From a virus (Duplodnaviria > Caudoviricetes), in the IMG/VR virus record IMGVR_UViG_650627003_000001, positions 64,001 through 128,000 of that record: a stretch of 64,000 nucleotides of DNA, one strand, 5' to 3'. A program made the translations under genes and the position numbers. The notes below the pieces were generated by a model. The model did not search any database. It was not told where the DNA came from and was given only the letters and a program-made list of their open reading frames with translations. Positions 36,876-51,040 of this stretch are shown here, piece by piece (the stretch's first letter is position 1; the number at the start of each line of letters is the position of its first letter).

Positions 36876-37793
36876 ATGATGACAAAGAATCCACAAGAGT
36901 TAAAGGATGAAATCCTTCGCCGCCTGGGAGCGCCAATCATCAATGTTGAAGTTACAACTGAACAGATCTATGATTGTATACAGCGGTCCCTAGAGTTGTT
37001 TGGAGAGTATCATTACGACGGTCTTAACAAAGCTTACATGAGTTTTTATGTAGGTACTGACGAAGTATATAAAGACGGAGTTTTTGATTTAAAAAATGAA
37101 AACGTTTTTGCAATTTCAAAAATTTTAAGAACAAATGTAGGGTCTATTGTATCAATGGACGGCAATGCAACTTATCCATGGGTAACTGATTTTATTATGG
37201 GTATGACTGGCTTTAATGGTGGCAATTCGTGTAATAAAGCTTATGGTCCAAACGCATTTGGCGCTGACCTAAGCTACTACACGATGATCATGCAATATTG
37301 GAGTATGCTTCAAAATATGCTTTCACCAATGCCTGATTTCTGGTTTAATGACTCAACTGGACAATTAAAGGTAATGGGCAATTTTAAGAAAGGCGACGTT
37401 ATCGTATGTGAAGTATGGGTAAAATCTTATGTTGATGTAAAACCTTCAATTGGTGCTTATGCTGGATATGGATACGCTGGCAATCAACAAAGTAATGCAT
37501 GGACAATTGGTGATGTCTATAATAATGCTGATCGTCAACTCACTGGATATTATGCTGGTGAAAATACTTCATTAAAACAAGGCTCTTACAATAATCGTTG
37601 GGTAAAGGATTATGCGACTTGTTTAGTTAAAGAACTTAATGGACAAATTTTAGCTAAACACCAAGGCTTACAATTAGCTGGTGGTGTAACTGTAGATGGT
37701 ATTCGATTGATTGAAGAAACGCGTGAAGAAAAATTAAGACTTCGTGAAGAGCTTGAATCAATGGACCCACCAGTTGGTATTTTGATTGGGTGA
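36876..37793 (+). CDS. 13: neck protein gp13
   Basis: [16 protein letters not shown]. Confidence 0.96.
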   Translation: MMTKNPQELKDEILRRLGAPIINVEVTTEQIYDCIQRSLELFGEYHYDGLNKAYMSFYVGTDEVYKDGVFDLKNENVFAISKILRTNVGSIVSMDGNATYPWVTDFIMGMTGFNGGNSCNKAYGPNAFGADLSYYTMIMQYWSMLQNMLSPMPDFWFNDSTGQLKVMGNFKKGDVIVCEVWVKSYVDVKPSIGAYAGYGYAGNQQSNAWTIGDVYNNADRQLTGYYAGENTSLKQGSYNNRWVKDYATCLVKELNGQILAKHQGLQLAGGVTVDGIRLIEETREEKLRLREELESMDPPVGILIG

Positions 37794-37796
37794 TTT

Positions 37797-38555
37797 ATGA
37801 CTACTTTTGATTCAAGACTATTTGCAAAATTAGAAAATAACACAGGGTACGCTAAAACGAACGAGAGCGAAGTTTTGAATCCCTATGTAAATTTCTACAA
37901 CCATGAGAATACTCAAACCCTGGCGGACACTCTCGTTGCAGAAACGATACAAATGCGTGGTATTGATTGCTTCTTCTTACCAAGGGAATACGTTAACTTA
38001 GATTTGTTATTTGGTGAAGACCCAGAATCTAAATTTACAAAGGCATGGCCTTTTGCTGCATATCTTGACTCATTCGAAGGATATTCTGGCGGCAATTCAT
38101 TCTTTAGTAAGTTTGGTATGCAAGTTAATGATGAAATAACACTTACAATCAATCCTAACTTGTTTAAGTATCAAACTAATAACACAGAGCCAAAAGAAGG
38201 CGATTTGATTTACTTTAAAATGGATAAAAGTTTATTTGAAATCGTATGGGTCCAACCATACGATCCGTTTTATCAAGTAGGTCAAAATGCAATGCGTAAA
38301 ATCACTGCTCAAAAATTCGTTTATTCCGGTGAAAAACTGGCGCCAGAACTTCAACACAATGAAGGAATTAATATTCCAGAATTCAGTGAGCTTGATCTAG
38401 AACCAATATCAAATCTTGACGGAATTGTTGATACTAACATTGATCAATTTGAAGAAGTAAAAGCGATTAGAGCTGAAGCAAAAACATTTGTTGAACCACA
38501 TATTGTTGTTCAAAATAAAGGTCCAGGTATTGCCTCACCTTTTGATGATTTCTAA
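37797..38555 (+). CDS. 14: neck protein gp14
   Basis: [16 protein letters not shown]. Confidence 0.96.
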   Translation: MTTFDSRLFAKLENNTGYAKTNESEVLNPYVNFYNHENTQTLADTLVAETIQMRGIDCFFLPREYVNLDLLFGEDPESKFTKAWPFAAYLDSFEGYSGGNSFFSKFGMQVNDEITLTINPNLFKYQTNNTEPKEGDLIYFKMDKSLFEIVWVQPYDPFYQVGQNAMRKITAQKFVYSGEKLAPELQHNEGINIPEFSELDLEPISNLDGIVDTNIDQFEEVKAIRAEAKTFVEPHIVVQNKGPGIASPFDDF

Positions 38556-38566
38556 GGAGAAAACTT

Positions 38567-39393
38567 ATGCATGGTGGATTTTATAATTCATCATTTAGAC
38601 GCTACATTGTGATGATGGGAGATCTTTTCTCACGCACAATGGTTGAGCGCCGAAGAGATGATAAAAGCTATTGGCAAACCGTTCCAATCACTTATGGCTC
38701 AAAAGAGCACTTTGTTCAAAAACTAACCTCAAAGATTAACTCGATTAATTCTGACTTAGACATAGCAAAAGTTGAAACTATTTTACCTAGAATGAACTTG
38801 CATTTAGTTGACATTATGTACCAACCCGATGTCAAGACAAACATGCTAAATCGAAAGCTAATTCAAAATCCAGGCAACTCTTCACAAATGGTTTCTTTGT
38901 ACAATCCAACACCAGTAAAAATGATTTTTGAATTAGGAATTTATACACGTCACCAAAATGACATGTATCAAATTGTTGAACAAATCATTCCATATTTCCA
39001 GCCACACTTTGTTGTAAAAATGAAAGAAATTTCTGGTGGTGAAGCTCCAATTGAAATCGAACGTGACATCAATGTTGTTTGGTCTACTACATCTATTGAT
39101 GAAAATATGGATGCTGGTACAGATACCAGACGACGCATTGAGTGGAGTTTTATTTTTGAAGTTACTGGATACATCTATCCGCCAGTAGCCGAAATAAAAG
39201 GTGAAATTAGAACAGTTTATTTGGACTTTTTTGCCAATGAACAATCGGCATCTGAAGCTGTGTTTGAATCGTTTGATTTGGCTGTCGATCCTGTTGAAAT
39301 CCCTATAAACGATTGGGAAGCTTTAAATAAACCAACGGTCGAGTCAATGACAATAAATACTCGTATACCAGACCCACCAGGAGGGGTAAGATA

Positions 39394-39394
<1 letters not shown>
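38567..39394 (+). CDS. 15: tail sheath stabiliser gp15
   Basis: [24 protein letters not shown]. Confidence 0.96.
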
Positions 39395-41743
<2,349 letters not shown>

Positions 41744-41771
41744 CTTTAAAGCAAAACCAATGAGGTTAAAA

Positions 41772-43757
41772 ATGACTCTATTATCTCCGGGCATCGAGCT
41801 CAAAGAAAATAGCACACAGTCTACAGTAGTTCAAAATGCTACTGGCCGTGCTGCTATGGTTGGTAAATTCCAATGGGGTCCAGCATTCCAAGCTTTCCAA
41901 GTTACAAATGAAGTAGAGCTTGTTGAAATGGTGGGTAGTCCAGATAATTCTACTGCAGATTACTTTATGTCTGCTGCCAACTTCCTACAATATGGTAACG
42001 ATCTTCGTGTTGTTCGTGCAATTAATGAAGACGTGGCTAAAAACTCAAGCCCTCTTGCCAACAATATTGATTATCAAATTGTTGCTGCTGGTAGCAACTA
42101 CGAAGTTGGTGACAAAGTACGAGTTAAGTACTTGCAAACTGTTGTTGAAGACAATGGTTTAGTTACTGGTGTTGATCAAGATGGTAAAATAACATCTGTG
42201 TTCATTCCATCTGCACAAATTATCAATTATGCACGATCTATTGATCAATACCCTGCATTAAGCGATTCTTGGACTGTTGAACTAGTTTCAGTAAGTTCTG
42301 GTATTTCTGGTAACATTGCACTAAAACCAATTATCACTGATTCTGGTATTTTGATTAAAAACACTGATACGGCTCCTGAAGATATTTCAAACCTTTCGTT
42401 CCAAACGGCTGTAAAACGTTATAATATGCCTGCAATTGCAGCACTTTACCCAGGCGAAACTGGTGACCAACTTGAAGTTGAAATCATTTCAAAAGCTGCT
42501 TATGCTAAAGGCTCAGCAGAAATGCTTACCGTGTATCCTTATGGTACTAAGCGTACTTCTACTGCTCGAGCTGTTTTTGGCTTTGGTCCTCAAACTGATA
42601 ACCAATACGCTTTTATTGTACGTCGTAATGACGCAATTGTAGAGCAATTTGTTTTATCAACAGAGCCCGGCGAAACTGATGTATACGGTTCTAACATCTT
42701 TATGGATGATTACTTCCAACGTGGTGCTTCTCGTTACCTATTTGGTACATCGCAAAACTTCCCTAAAGGCTTTGCTGGCATTATCCGTTTAGGTGGTGGT
42801 TTATCAGCAAATGACCAAGTTTCTGCTGGCGACTTAATGCAAGCATGGGACGAATTCTCTGATCGTGAAGCATTACATGTTAACTTGATGATTGCTGGTG
42901 CGGTTGCAGGTGAATCAGATGAAGTTTCTGCTACTGTTCAAAAATATGTAGTCTCAATTGCAGATGAGCGTCAAGACTGCTTAGTATTGATTTCTCCACC
43001 ACGTTCTGCAGTAGTAAACATCAAACCAATTCGAGCTGTTGACAACTTAGTCGATTGGCGTGAAGGTTCTGGTGCGTACACAGATGCTAACATGAACATT
43101 AGTTCCACATATGCATTTATTGACGGCAACTATAAGTACCAATACGACAAATATAACGATGTCAATCGTTGGGTCCCATTGGCTGCTGATATTGCAGGTT
43201 TATGCGCTCGTACAGACAATGTTTCACAACCTTGGATGTCACCTGCTGGCTATAACCGTGGTCAAATTTTAAACTGCATCAAGCTTGCAATTGAAGCTCG
43301 TCAATCACAACGTGATCGTCTATACGAAGTTGCAATTAACCCAGTTATTGGTTCTCGAGCTGGTGCTGGATTTGTACTTTATGGTGATAAAACAGCTACT
43401 CAAGTTCCAAGTCCATTTGACCGTGTAAACGTTCGTCGTTTATTCAATATGATCAAGAAAAACATTGGTGATAGTTCTAACTATCGTTTGTTTGAGATGA
43501 ATGATAACTTCACTCGTAATTCATTCCGTATGGAGACTTCTCAATATCTTTCTGGTATTAAATCTCTTGGTGGTGTTTATGATTTCCGTGTGATTTGTGA
43601 TACTACAAACAATACGCCAACAGTAATTGATAGTAATTCATTTGTTGCGACGTTTTATCTCAAACCGGCCCGCAGCATTAATTATATCACATTGAACTTC
43701 GTCGCTACACCTACTGGTGCAGACTTTGATGAAATCGTTGGACCAATTCAGCAATAA
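41772..43757 (+). CDS. 18: tail sheath protein gp18
   Basis: MTLLSPGIELKE start at 41772 with GAGG RBS. Confidence 0.97.
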   Translation: MTLLSPGIELKENSTQSTVVQNATGRAAMVGKFQWGPAFQAFQVTNEVELVEMVGSPDNSTADYFMSAANFLQYGNDLRVVRAINEDVAKNSSPLANNIDYQIVAAGSNYEVGDKVRVKYLQTVVEDNGLVTGVDQDGKITSVFIPSAQIINYARSIDQYPALSDSWTVELVSVSSGISGNIALKPIITDSGILIKNTDTAPEDISNLSFQTAVKRYNMPAIAALYPGETGDQLEVEIISKAAYAKGSAEMLTVYPYGTKRTSTARAVFGFGPQTDNQYAFIVRRNDAIVEQFVLSTEPGETDVYGSNIFMDDYFQRGASRYLFGTSQNFPKGFAGIIRLGGGLSANDQVSAGDLMQAWDEFSDREALHVNLMIAGAVAGESDEVSATVQKYVVSIADERQDCLVLISPPRSAVVNIKPIRAVDNLVDWREGSGAYTDANMNISSTYAFIDGNYKYQYDKYNDVNRWVPLAADIAGLCARTDNVSQPWMSPAGYNRGQILNCIKLAIEARQSQRDRLYEVAINPVIGSRAGAGFVLYGDKTATQVPSPFDRVNVRRLFNMIKKNIGDSSNYRLFEMNDNFTRNSFRMETSQYLSGIKSLGGVYDFRVICDTTNNTPTVIDSNSFVATFYLKPARSINYITLNFVATPTGADFDEIVGPIQQ

Positions 43758-43792
43758 TAAATGGGGCTTTGGCCCCTTAAAGGAGAGTCCTA

Positions 43793-44284
43793 ATGGATCT
43801 TACCGATTTAACTCGTGCTTTTGAATCTGGCGACTTTGCACGTAGTAACTTGTTTGAAGTTGAAATTCCGTATCTTGGTAAAAACTTCAGTTTTAAATGT
43901 CGAGCTGCTCCAATGCCAGCTGGTCAAGTAGATAAAATTCCTGTATCATACCAAAACCGAAAATATAACGTAGGTGGCGATCGAACTTTTGATGATTGGA
44001 CTGTAACAATTTACGGTGATGATGCTCATCGAACTCGTCAAGATTTAATCGATTGGCAAAGTCTTGTTCATGGTCAAGGTAATGAAATTACTGGTGCTAC
44101 ACCAGCTGAATACAAGAAAACTGCTACAATTCGTCAATTTGCTCGTGATGCCAAAACAATCACTAAAGAATATACACTGTATGGCGCTTGGCCTTCTTTA
44201 GTTGGTGAAGTTCAAATGGATTGGGACCAAAACAACGAAGTCCAAACATTTGAGACTACATTCGTTTACGATTGGTGGTTATAA
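43793..44284 (+). CDS. 19: tail tube protein gp19
   Basis: RAFESGDFAR.NLF.VEI, GDRTFDDWTVT. Confidence 0.97.
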   Translation: MDLTDLTRAFESGDFARSNLFEVEIPYLGKNFSFKCRAAPMPAGQVDKIPVSYQNRKYNVGGDRTFDDWTVTIYGDDAHRTRQDLIDWQSLVHGQGNEITGATPAEYKKTATIRQFARDAKTITKEYTLYGAWPSLVGEVQMDWDQNNEVQTFETTFVYDWWL

Positions 44285-44290
44285 GCTTAA

Positions 44291-44324
44291 AATCCTTGAT
44301 ATAAATACTTCTATATCAAGGATT
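44291..44324 (+). promoter_or_regulatory. late promoter for gene 20 embedded in a 13-bp hairpin
   Basis: AATCCTTGATATA-AATACTTC-TATATCAAGGATT; TATAAATA at 44300-07. Confidence 0.75.
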
Positions 44325-44337
44325 CTTTGGAGGTTTT

Positions 44338-45909
44338 ATGGCATTTGACAATGTATTGCGAATGTTCAAATTCTGGCAAAGTGTCGATGACAAAGTTAAT
44401 TCTGAAAATTTAAAAGCACACGCTGACTCAGTAACCGGTCCTAAGTTTGACGATGGTGCACTGGAAACTGAAGTCCCGATTAACACAACGACATACGGTG
44501 GAGTTTCTCAGCACGCGCTTAATAACTTAGAAATCGATGCCAAAACTACTCGTGAGCTTATTAATACGTATCGTTCGCTAATGTCTTATTATGAAGTCGA
44601 TAATGCGGTACAAGAAATTGTAACTTCTGCTATTGTGTATGAAAACGGACATCAGGTCGTAGGCCTTGATTTAGACGCAACAGCATTCACTCAAGCAACT
44701 AAAGATAAAATTTTAGAAGAGTTCAATTCTATTTTAAATGCTCTTTCATTCCAACGCAAAGGCACAGACCATTTCCGTCGTTGGTATGTCGATTCACGAG
44801 TATTCTTCCACAAAATCATCGATCCAAATGACCTTTCAAAAGGCATTATCGAACTACGTCGTCTTGACCCGCGTAATGTAACTTTTGTACGAGAGATCAT
44901 TACTGATATTCAAGAAGGCGGTGTTAAAGTTGTGCGAGGTTATCAAGATTACTTCGTTTATGACACCGGTCAAGACACGTACAGTTTCTCTGGTAAGTAT
45001 TATGCACCAGGAACAAAATTAAAAATTCCGGCTTCAGCTATCGTGTATTCTCATAGTGGATTAGTCGATGGATGTGGCAAAAATATTATTGGGTATTTGC
45101 ATCGTGCTGTTAAGCCAAGCAACCAATTAAAAATTATGGAAGATGCACTGGTAATTTATCGTATTACACGAGCGCCAGATCGCCGCATTTTCTATATTGA
45201 CACTGGTAACATGCCTTCACGTAAGGCCTCTGAACATATGCAACATATCATGAACACTATGCGAAATCGTGTTGTTTATGATGCATCGACTGGTAAAGTC
45301 AAAAACCAACAAAACAGTATGCCGTTGACAGAAGATTATTGGTTGCAACGACGTGATGGTAAAGCTGTGACTGAAGTGGATACACTCCCAGGAATGTCAG
45401 GAATGTCAGACATGGACGACATTAGATATTTCCGTAAAGCACTATATATGGCGCTTAGAGTACCGCTCTCTCGCATTCCTGATGATCAGAATGGCCAAAT
45501 CCAATTTGATGCTGGCTCATCGATCACACGCGACGAACTATCTTTTAGTACCTTTATTAAGGACCTTCAACATAAGTTTGATCCAGTTCTTTTAGAACCG
45601 CTTAAAACAAACCTTATGCTCAAAGGAATCTTAGATTCTAACGACTGGGAAGCGGAGATAAATAATATTAAGGTGGTGTTCCATGAAAACTCTTACTTTG
45701 CTGAATTAAAAGATATTGAGTTGTTAGAACGCCGAGCTAATGCACTATCACAATTTGATCCGTATATTGGCAAGTATATCTCAAATAATCGAGCGATGAA
45801 ACAAATTCTTAAGATGACTGATGAAGAAATCGAACAAGAACGTAAGATTATTAAAGATGAGCTTAAAGACCCAATTTACAAAGAACCCGAAGAAGAAGGA
45901 ACGTTTTAA
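44338..45909 (+). CDS. 20: portal protein gp20
   Basis: [31 protein letters not shown]. Confidence 0.98.
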   Translation: MAFDNVLRMFKFWQSVDDKVNSENLKAHADSVTGPKFDDGALETEVPINTTTYGGVSQHALNNLEIDAKTTRELINTYRSLMSYYEVDNAVQEIVTSAIVYENGHQVVGLDLDATAFTQATKDKILEEFNSILNALSFQRKGTDHFRRWYVDSRVFFHKIIDPNDLSKGIIELRRLDPRNVTFVREIITDIQEGGVKVVRGYQDYFVYDTGQDTYSFSGKYYAPGTKLKIPASAIVYSHSGLVDGCGKNIIGYLHRAVKPSNQLKIMEDALVIYRITRAPDRRIFYIDTGNMPSRKASEHMQHIMNTMRNRVVYDASTGKVKNQQNSMPLTEDYWLQRRDGKAVTEVDTLPGMSGMSDMDDIRYFRKALYMALRVPLSRIPDDQNGQIQFDAGSSITRDELSFSTFIKDLQHKFDPVLLEPLKTNLMLKGILDSNDWEAEINNIKVVFHENSYFAELKDIELLERRANALSQFDPYIGKYISNNRAMKQILKMTDEEIEQERKIIKDELKDPIYKEPEEEGTF

Positions 45910-46115
45910 TGGACCAACTAATTGAAGCTATTAAATCAAATGACTTCGTTAAAACCAAACGTATTTTTAATGAAGCGATGAAGCCTATTGTGGCTTCAGT
46001 TTTAGAAGAGCAAAAAATTGCTCTTGCTAAATCAATTATGATCGAAGGCGAATCTAAAAAAGAAGATGACGACGAAGATCAAGAAGATGACGAGGATGAC
46101 GAGGATGAAGATTGA
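45909..46115 (+). CDS. 67: prohead core protein gp67
   Basis: LIEAIKSND, acidic tail. Confidence 0.92.
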   Translation: MDQLIEAIKSNDFVKTKRIFNEAMKPIVASVLEEQKIALAKSIMIEGESKKEDDDEDQEDDEDDEDED

Positions 46116-46524
46116 GCTTAATACTACTGTTGAATTAGACAAGTGTCAAGCCGTTTTTGCCGAAGCTGAATCTCGATTTGGATTTTTAAAAGAGTGTTTT
46201 ACAGGTGAAGACCTTAACACAGTAATCCAAAATCTTGCAGAAAGTGAACCAGAAATTGCAGTTTGCATAGGCTCACTTAGTGAGTCGATGCAGCTTAACG
46301 AGTTTATCGTGAAACACGTTTCTTCTAAAGGCGAAATTACTCGTACTAAAGATCGTGAAACACGTCGTCGTAACGCGACTCAAACTACTGGCTTGTCAAA
46401 AGCAAAACGTCGTGAAATTGCTAGAAAAGCGGTTCGAACCAAGAAAGCACAACCATCGGTGCAAGTAAAGGCTAAGAAAAAATTCCGTCGTGCAATGAAG
46501 CAGCGTGAACGCTTAGGTCTTTAA
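46105..46524 (+). CDS. 68: prohead core protein gp68
   Basis: EFIVKHVSS.GEITR, TTGLSKAKRR; start likely 46105. Confidence 0.92.
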   Translation: MKIELNTTVELDKCQAVFAEAESRFGFLKECFTGEDLNTVIQNLAESEPEIAVCIGSLSESMQLNEFIVKHVSSKGEITRTKDRETRRRNATQTTGLSKAKRREIARKAVRTKKAQPSVQVKAKKKFRRAMKQRERLGL

Positions 46525-47180
46525 TGACTGTTGAATTATTAATCGAACATTGGGGTCTTCCGAGCGATGGCGGATCGGACTCCAAACCTATGTTGGAATC
46601 TTATGATTCTAAAGACCCTTCAAAACCAGGTTTATATATTGAAGGAATTTTCCTTCAAGCTGATGTGGTCAACAGAAATAAACGTTTATATCCTAAAAGC
46701 GTGCTTGAGAAAGCTGTATCACAATACATCAAAGAACAAGTAGATACTAAACAAGCTTTAGGTGAACTAAATCATCCTCCTCGTGCAATGGTTGATCCAA
46801 TGCAAGCTGCAATTATTATTGAAGAAATGTGGTGGAAAGGTAATGACGTTTATGGACGAGCTCGTGTTATTGAAGGTGATCATGGTCCTGGAGATAAACT
46901 TGCAGCTAATATCCGTGCTGGATGGCTACCAGGCGTATCGAGTCGTGGTTTAGGCTCTGTTAAATCTTCTGGTCGTGGACATAACATTGTTCAAGAAGGT
47001 TTTCGTCTTACAGTAGGTGTTGACGTAGTATGGGGTCCTAGTGCTCCAGATGCATGGGTAAAACCTAAGCAAATTAACGAAAACACGAAAAAAGAACCAG
47101 AGGTCCCTTTAGTCGAAGAAAAAACAGACAAAGCGGCTTTTATGAAATTAATCGAAAACATGCGATATAAATATTATTAA
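46524..47180 (+). CDS. 21: prohead protease gp21
   Basis: GELNHPP, GVSSRGLGS, DVVWGPSAPDA. Confidence 0.97.
   Translation: MTVELLIEHWGLPSDGGSDSKPMLESYDSKDPSKPGLYIEGIFLQADVVNRNKRLYPKSVLEKAVSQYIKEQVDTKQALGELNHPPRAMVDPMQAAIIIEEMWWKGNDVYGRARVIEGDHGPGDKLAANIRAGWLPGVSSRGLGSVKSSGRGHNIVQEGFRLTVGVDVVWGPSAPDAWVKPKQINENTKKEPEVPLVEEKTDKAAFMKLIENMRYKYY
47166..47173 (+). promoter_or_regulatory. late promoter for gene 22
   Basis: TATAAATA. Confidence 0.75.
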
Positions 47181-47217
47181 CAAATATTACATGTTTCCAC
47201 TCAAAAGGTATTAACAA

Positions 47218-48033
47218 ATGTTGAAAGAACAACTTTTAAAAGAAGCAGAAAATATCTCTGCTACTGTTGAACTTGATAGCATTTTTGAATCAGTAAACCT
47301 TCCAGATGAAGTAAAAGCTCAATTTGGTACTGTATTCGAAATGGCTGTTAAAAAACAAGCTGTTGCATTAGCTGAATCTCATATCCAGACTATTGCTGAA
47401 AATGCTGACGAAAAGGTCGAAGAACTTGTTGAATCCCGTATCACAGAATCCGATCAAAAATTCCTCGAAACTGCTGACAAATTCTTAAAAGTAATTGCTG
47501 CTGATTGGCTTGCTGAAAATAAAGTACAAGTCGAAAATGGCATTAAAGTTAATTTGTTTGAATCAATGTTCTCTGGTCTTAAAGATCTATTTGTAGAGCA
47601 TAACGTTGTTGTTCCAGATGAATCTATTGATGTTGTTGCAGAAATGGAAGACGAGCTTACTGAAGCTAATGCTAAAGTTGTAGAGCTTATTGACAAAAAC
47701 AACACTCTTACTGAATCTGTAAATGATCTTAAGCGTGAGGCTGAACTCAAAGAAGCGACTGCTGGATTAACATTAGTACAAACAGAAAAAGTTAGCTCTC
47801 TTATTGAAGGTCTAACATATTCTGAACAATTTACACCTAAATTACAAGCAATTGTAGAAATGGTTAAAGGTAGTGCTCAAACAGCTCCATTAACTGAAGG
47901 TATAAATACACCTGAACAAGACGAAGCAGCTGGATTAAACTTCAAAGTTGAAGCAATTAACGAAAACACTGATTCTCAAAAACCTTTTAACCATCGCGAT
48001 GCTTACGCAGTAGCTGCATCAAAAATCAAGTAA
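47218..48033 (+). CDS. 22: prohead scaffold gp22
   Basis: MLKEQL..EA, LKDLFVEHNVVVP.E..DVVAEM. Confidence 0.96.
   Translation: MLKEQLLKEAENISATVELDSIFESVNLPDEVKAQFGTVFEMAVKKQAVALAESHIQTIAENADEKVEELVESRITESDQKFLETADKFLKVIAADWLAENKVQVENGIKVNLFESMFSGLKDLFVEHNVVVPDESIDVVAEMEDELTEANAKVVELIDKNNTLTESVNDLKREAELKEATAGLTLVQTEKVSSLIEGLTYSEQFTPKLQAIVEMVKGSAQTAPLTEGINTPEQDEAAGLNFKVEAINENTDSQKPFNHRDAYAVAASKIK
47901..47908 (+). promoter_or_regulatory. late promoter for gene 23 (inside gene 22)
   Basis: TATAAATA. Confidence 0.7.
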
Positions 48034-48045
48034 GGAAATCTCCAC

Positions 48046-49614
48046 ATGACTATTAAAAAATCAAACAAAGCTCTTTTAGAAGATTGGAAAAACCTTTTAG
48101 AAGCTGAAGGCACTCCAGAAATTCCTCAGGGCAAAGAAGCTATCATGGCACAAATCTTTGAAAACCAAGAAAAAGATTTTGCTACTGACCCAGCTTATAA
48201 AGACGAAAAAATTGTTGAAGCATTCTCTGGTTTCTTATCTGAAGCAGAAATTGGTGGTGACCATGGTTATGACGCAACCAACATTGCTGCTGGTCAAACC
48301 TCTGGCGCTGTAACGCAAATTGGACCTGCTGTTATGGGTATGGTACGTCGTTCGTATCCTAACTTAATCGCATTTGATGTATGTGGTGTTCAGCCAATGT
48401 CTGGTCCTACTGGTCAAATCTTCGCTCTTCGCGCTACTTATGGTAAAGATCCATTAGCTGCTGGTGCTAAAGAAGCATTCCACCCTATGTATGCACCTGA
48501 TGCAATGCACAGTGGTAAAGGTTCTACTCAAGCATTCCCTGCTGCTGTTGCTGGTGCTACTAAAGCTATTGGTGACATCGTTGTTCATGACTTCGAAGCT
48601 ACAGGCCGTGCTTACTTCCAGTTCGTTGAAGCTGTAACAATCGACGCTGCTGCTACTGATGCTGAAAAGCTTGATGCAGAAATGACTAAGCTTTTAGAAG
48701 CTGGTCAAGTTGCTGAAATCGCTGAAGGTATGGCTACTTCAATTGCCGAACTTCAAGAAGGCTTTAATGGCTCTACTGACAATCCATGGTCAGAAATGTC
48801 TTTCCGTATTGACAAACAAGCTATCGAAGCTAAATCACGTCAATTGAAAGCTCAGTACTCAATCGAAATCGCTCAAGATTTACGTGCTGTACATGGTATG
48901 GACGCTGATGCTGAATTATCTGGCATTCTTGCTGGTGAAATCATGCTCGAAATCAACCGTGAAGTAATTGATTGGATCAACTACTCTGCACAAATCGGTA
49001 AAACTGGCATGACTCAAACTGTTGGTTCTAAACCAGGTGTGTTTGATTTCCAAGACCCTATTGATGTACGCGGTGCTCGTTGGGCTGGTGAGAGCTTCAA
49101 AGCGTTAACTTACCAAATCGATAAAGAAGCAACTGAAATCAGTCGTCAAACTGGTCGTGGTGCTGGTAACTTCATCATCGCTTCTCGTAACGTTGTAAAT
49201 GCTTTGGCTGCTGTTGATACTCAGGTTTCTCCTGCTGCTCAAGGTTTCACCCGTGGTATGAATGTTGATACTACTAAAGCTGTATTTGCTGGTGTTCTTG
49301 GTGGCAAATATAAAGTGTATATCGACCAATATGCTCGTGCTGACTACTTCACGATCGGCTATAAAGGTTCTACCGAACTTGATGCTGGTATTTACTACGC
49401 TCCGTATGTGGCATTGACTCCATTACGTGGTGCTGATCCGAAAAATTTCCAACCAGTGATGGGCTTTAAAACCCGTTATGGTGTTGGTATTAACCCATTC
49501 GCCAACTCCGCTGAACAAGCTCCAGCTGGTCGTATCACTTCTGGTATGCCAAGCCTTGCTAATTCACTTGGTAAGAATGCTTACTTCCGCAAAATCTATG
49601 TGAAAGGCCTATAA
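48046..49614 (+). CDS. 23: major capsid protein gp23
   Basis: EAEIGGDHGY, PKNFQPVMGFKTRYG. Confidence 0.99.
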   Translation: MTIKKSNKALLEDWKNLLEAEGTPEIPQGKEAIMAQIFENQEKDFATDPAYKDEKIVEAFSGFLSEAEIGGDHGYDATNIAAGQTSGAVTQIGPAVMGMVRRSYPNLIAFDVCGVQPMSGPTGQIFALRATYGKDPLAAGAKEAFHPMYAPDAMHSGKGSTQAFPAAVAGATKAIGDIVVHDFEATGRAYFQFVEAVTIDAAATDAEKLDAEMTKLLEAGQVAEIAEGMATSIAELQEGFNGSTDNPWSEMSFRIDKQAIEAKSRQLKAQYSIEIAQDLRAVHGMDADAELSGILAGEIMLEINREVIDWINYSAQIGKTGMTQTVGSKPGVFDFQDPIDVRGARWAGESFKALTYQIDKEATEISRQTGRGAGNFIIASRNVVNALAAVDTQVSPAAQGFTRGMNVDTTKAVFAGVLGGKYKVYIDQYARADYFTIGYKGSTELDAGIYYAPYVALTPLRGADPKNFQPVMGFKTRYGVGINPFANSAEQAPAGRITSGMPSLANSLGKNAYFRKIYVKGL

Positions 49615-49626
49615 TCCTTTCAAAAT

Positions 49627-49663
49627 AAAAAGGAGCCATTTGGCTCCTTTTTTCGTATAAATA
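49627..49663 (+). terminator. terminator after gene 23, then the late promoter for gene 24
   Basis: AAAAAGGAGCC-ATTT-GGCTCCTTTTTT; TATAAATA at 49656-63. Confidence 0.88.
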
Positions 49664-49694
49664 CTATAAGTCGATAGTCCTCTAAGGAATTACA

Positions 49695-50984
49695 ATGTCA
49701 AATATTCATAATTTATTGGCGCAATCTCGTCTTACTGAATCTACTGTAACTGCAGATAATGTAGATTCACGTCCTGATTTGCTTGCGTTTACAAGAGCTA
49801 CAACTAAATTAATCTATCAAGATTTAGTTGCAATCCAACCAACTACTAAACCAAATGTCGCTTTATTCGGTGTGAAATACTTAAACCCTAATAAAGACCT
49901 AACATTCGTTTCTGGTGCTACTTATGGCGGTGCCCATAGCGCAGAAGATCGAAAAACATATCAAGAAATTAGTATTGCAAATAAAGATACTTTTGCTAAA
50001 GATGCATTTTTCCTTTACGAAGATGTAGTGTTTAAAGTCCTTGCTGATGGCGCTTTTGCTGGTACTACAGAAACTGAATTATTTAGTATTATCTCTGAAG
50101 CAATTACTGCTGGAGCAATTCGAATGGCTCCAGAAGCAGCAGAAACTGCAAAGTTTGAAGGCGATGAAGAAATTTCTGAAGCTGGATTCCAAGTAAATAA
50201 ATGGCAAGCAAATGTGCGTTCTCGTAAATTTAAAACTTCGTTGTCGGTTGAACTTGCGCAAGATATGCAAGCCGCTGGTTTTGATGCACCAGAATTGCTT
50301 GAAGATGTATTAGCAACACAAATGGCCGAAGAAATTAACAAAGATGTGATGCAATCAATGATCACTGTTTCAAAACGCTTTAAGGTTGCTGGTGTATCAG
50401 ATAAAGGTGTGTTAGATTTATCTGATACTACAAAGAGTTCAGTAGAAATGGCTCGTACGCTTTATCGTTATATTTGTGAAATGAACGCTCATTTACAGCG
50501 CACTACATCTTATTCTGCAACATTCGTCCAAGCTTCATCTCGTGTTGCAGCTTTACTTACTTCATCTGGTTGGATGGAGAAAAAGGACGACCAGCCTTAT
50601 TCTGCTTATGGCGTATTGAATAATGGTTTAGTATTGTACTGTGATAATAACAGTCCTATGGATTATGTTGTAGTAGGCGTTAAAGACGAATACGGTGAAA
50701 AAGAAATGGTTGGGTCATTATTTTATGCTCCATACATTGAAGGTCTTTCTTATGAAGCAGATACTGTAGATCATATTGGTGCTTACAAGATCATCACAGA
50801 TCCGAGCAGTTTACAACCTAAAATTGCATTACTAGTACGGTATGCTTTATGTGTTAATCCATATACTGTTGGATTAACTGATGCAGAAGCACGTGTTATT
50901 GATACCACAAATATGGATAACTTTGTTGGACAAAGTGAAATGTCTGTATTGCTTGGTGTTAAATTGCCACCATTAGTAAAATAA
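49695..50984 (+). CDS. 24: capsid vertex protein gp24
   Basis: RPDLLAFTRAT..LIY.DLVA.Q, gp23-like fold. Confidence 0.96.
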   Translation: MSNIHNLLAQSRLTESTVTADNVDSRPDLLAFTRATTKLIYQDLVAIQPTTKPNVALFGVKYLNPNKDLTFVSGATYGGAHSAEDRKTYQEISIANKDTFAKDAFFLYEDVVFKVLADGAFAGTTETELFSIISEAITAGAIRMAPEAAETAKFEGDEEISEAGFQVNKWQANVRSRKFKTSLSVELAQDMQAAGFDAPELLEDVLATQMAEEINKDVMQSMITVSKRFKVAGVSDKGVLDLSDTTKSSVEMARTLYRYICEMNAHLQRTTSYSATFVQASSRVAALLTSSGWMEKKDDQPYSAYGVLNNGLVLYCDNNSPMDYVVVGVKDEYGEKEMVGSLFYAPYIEGLSYEADTVDHIGAYKIITDPSSLQPKIALLVRYALCVNPYTVGLTDAEARVIDTTNMDNFVGQSEMSVLLGVKLPPLVK

Positions 50985-51010
50985 AAAGGGAGCCATTTGG
51001 CTCCCTTTTT
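50983..51010. terminator. bidirectional terminator between 24 and inh
   Basis: AAAAAGGGAGCC-ATTT-GGCTCCCTTTTT. Confidence 0.88.
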
Positions 51011-51040
51011 ATTTTACTAATATCAATTAAAGTTATTCAC

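Noticed and set aside
46060-46112. GAT/GAC/GAG low-complexity repeat
   Set aside because: Encodes the normal acidic tail of gp67
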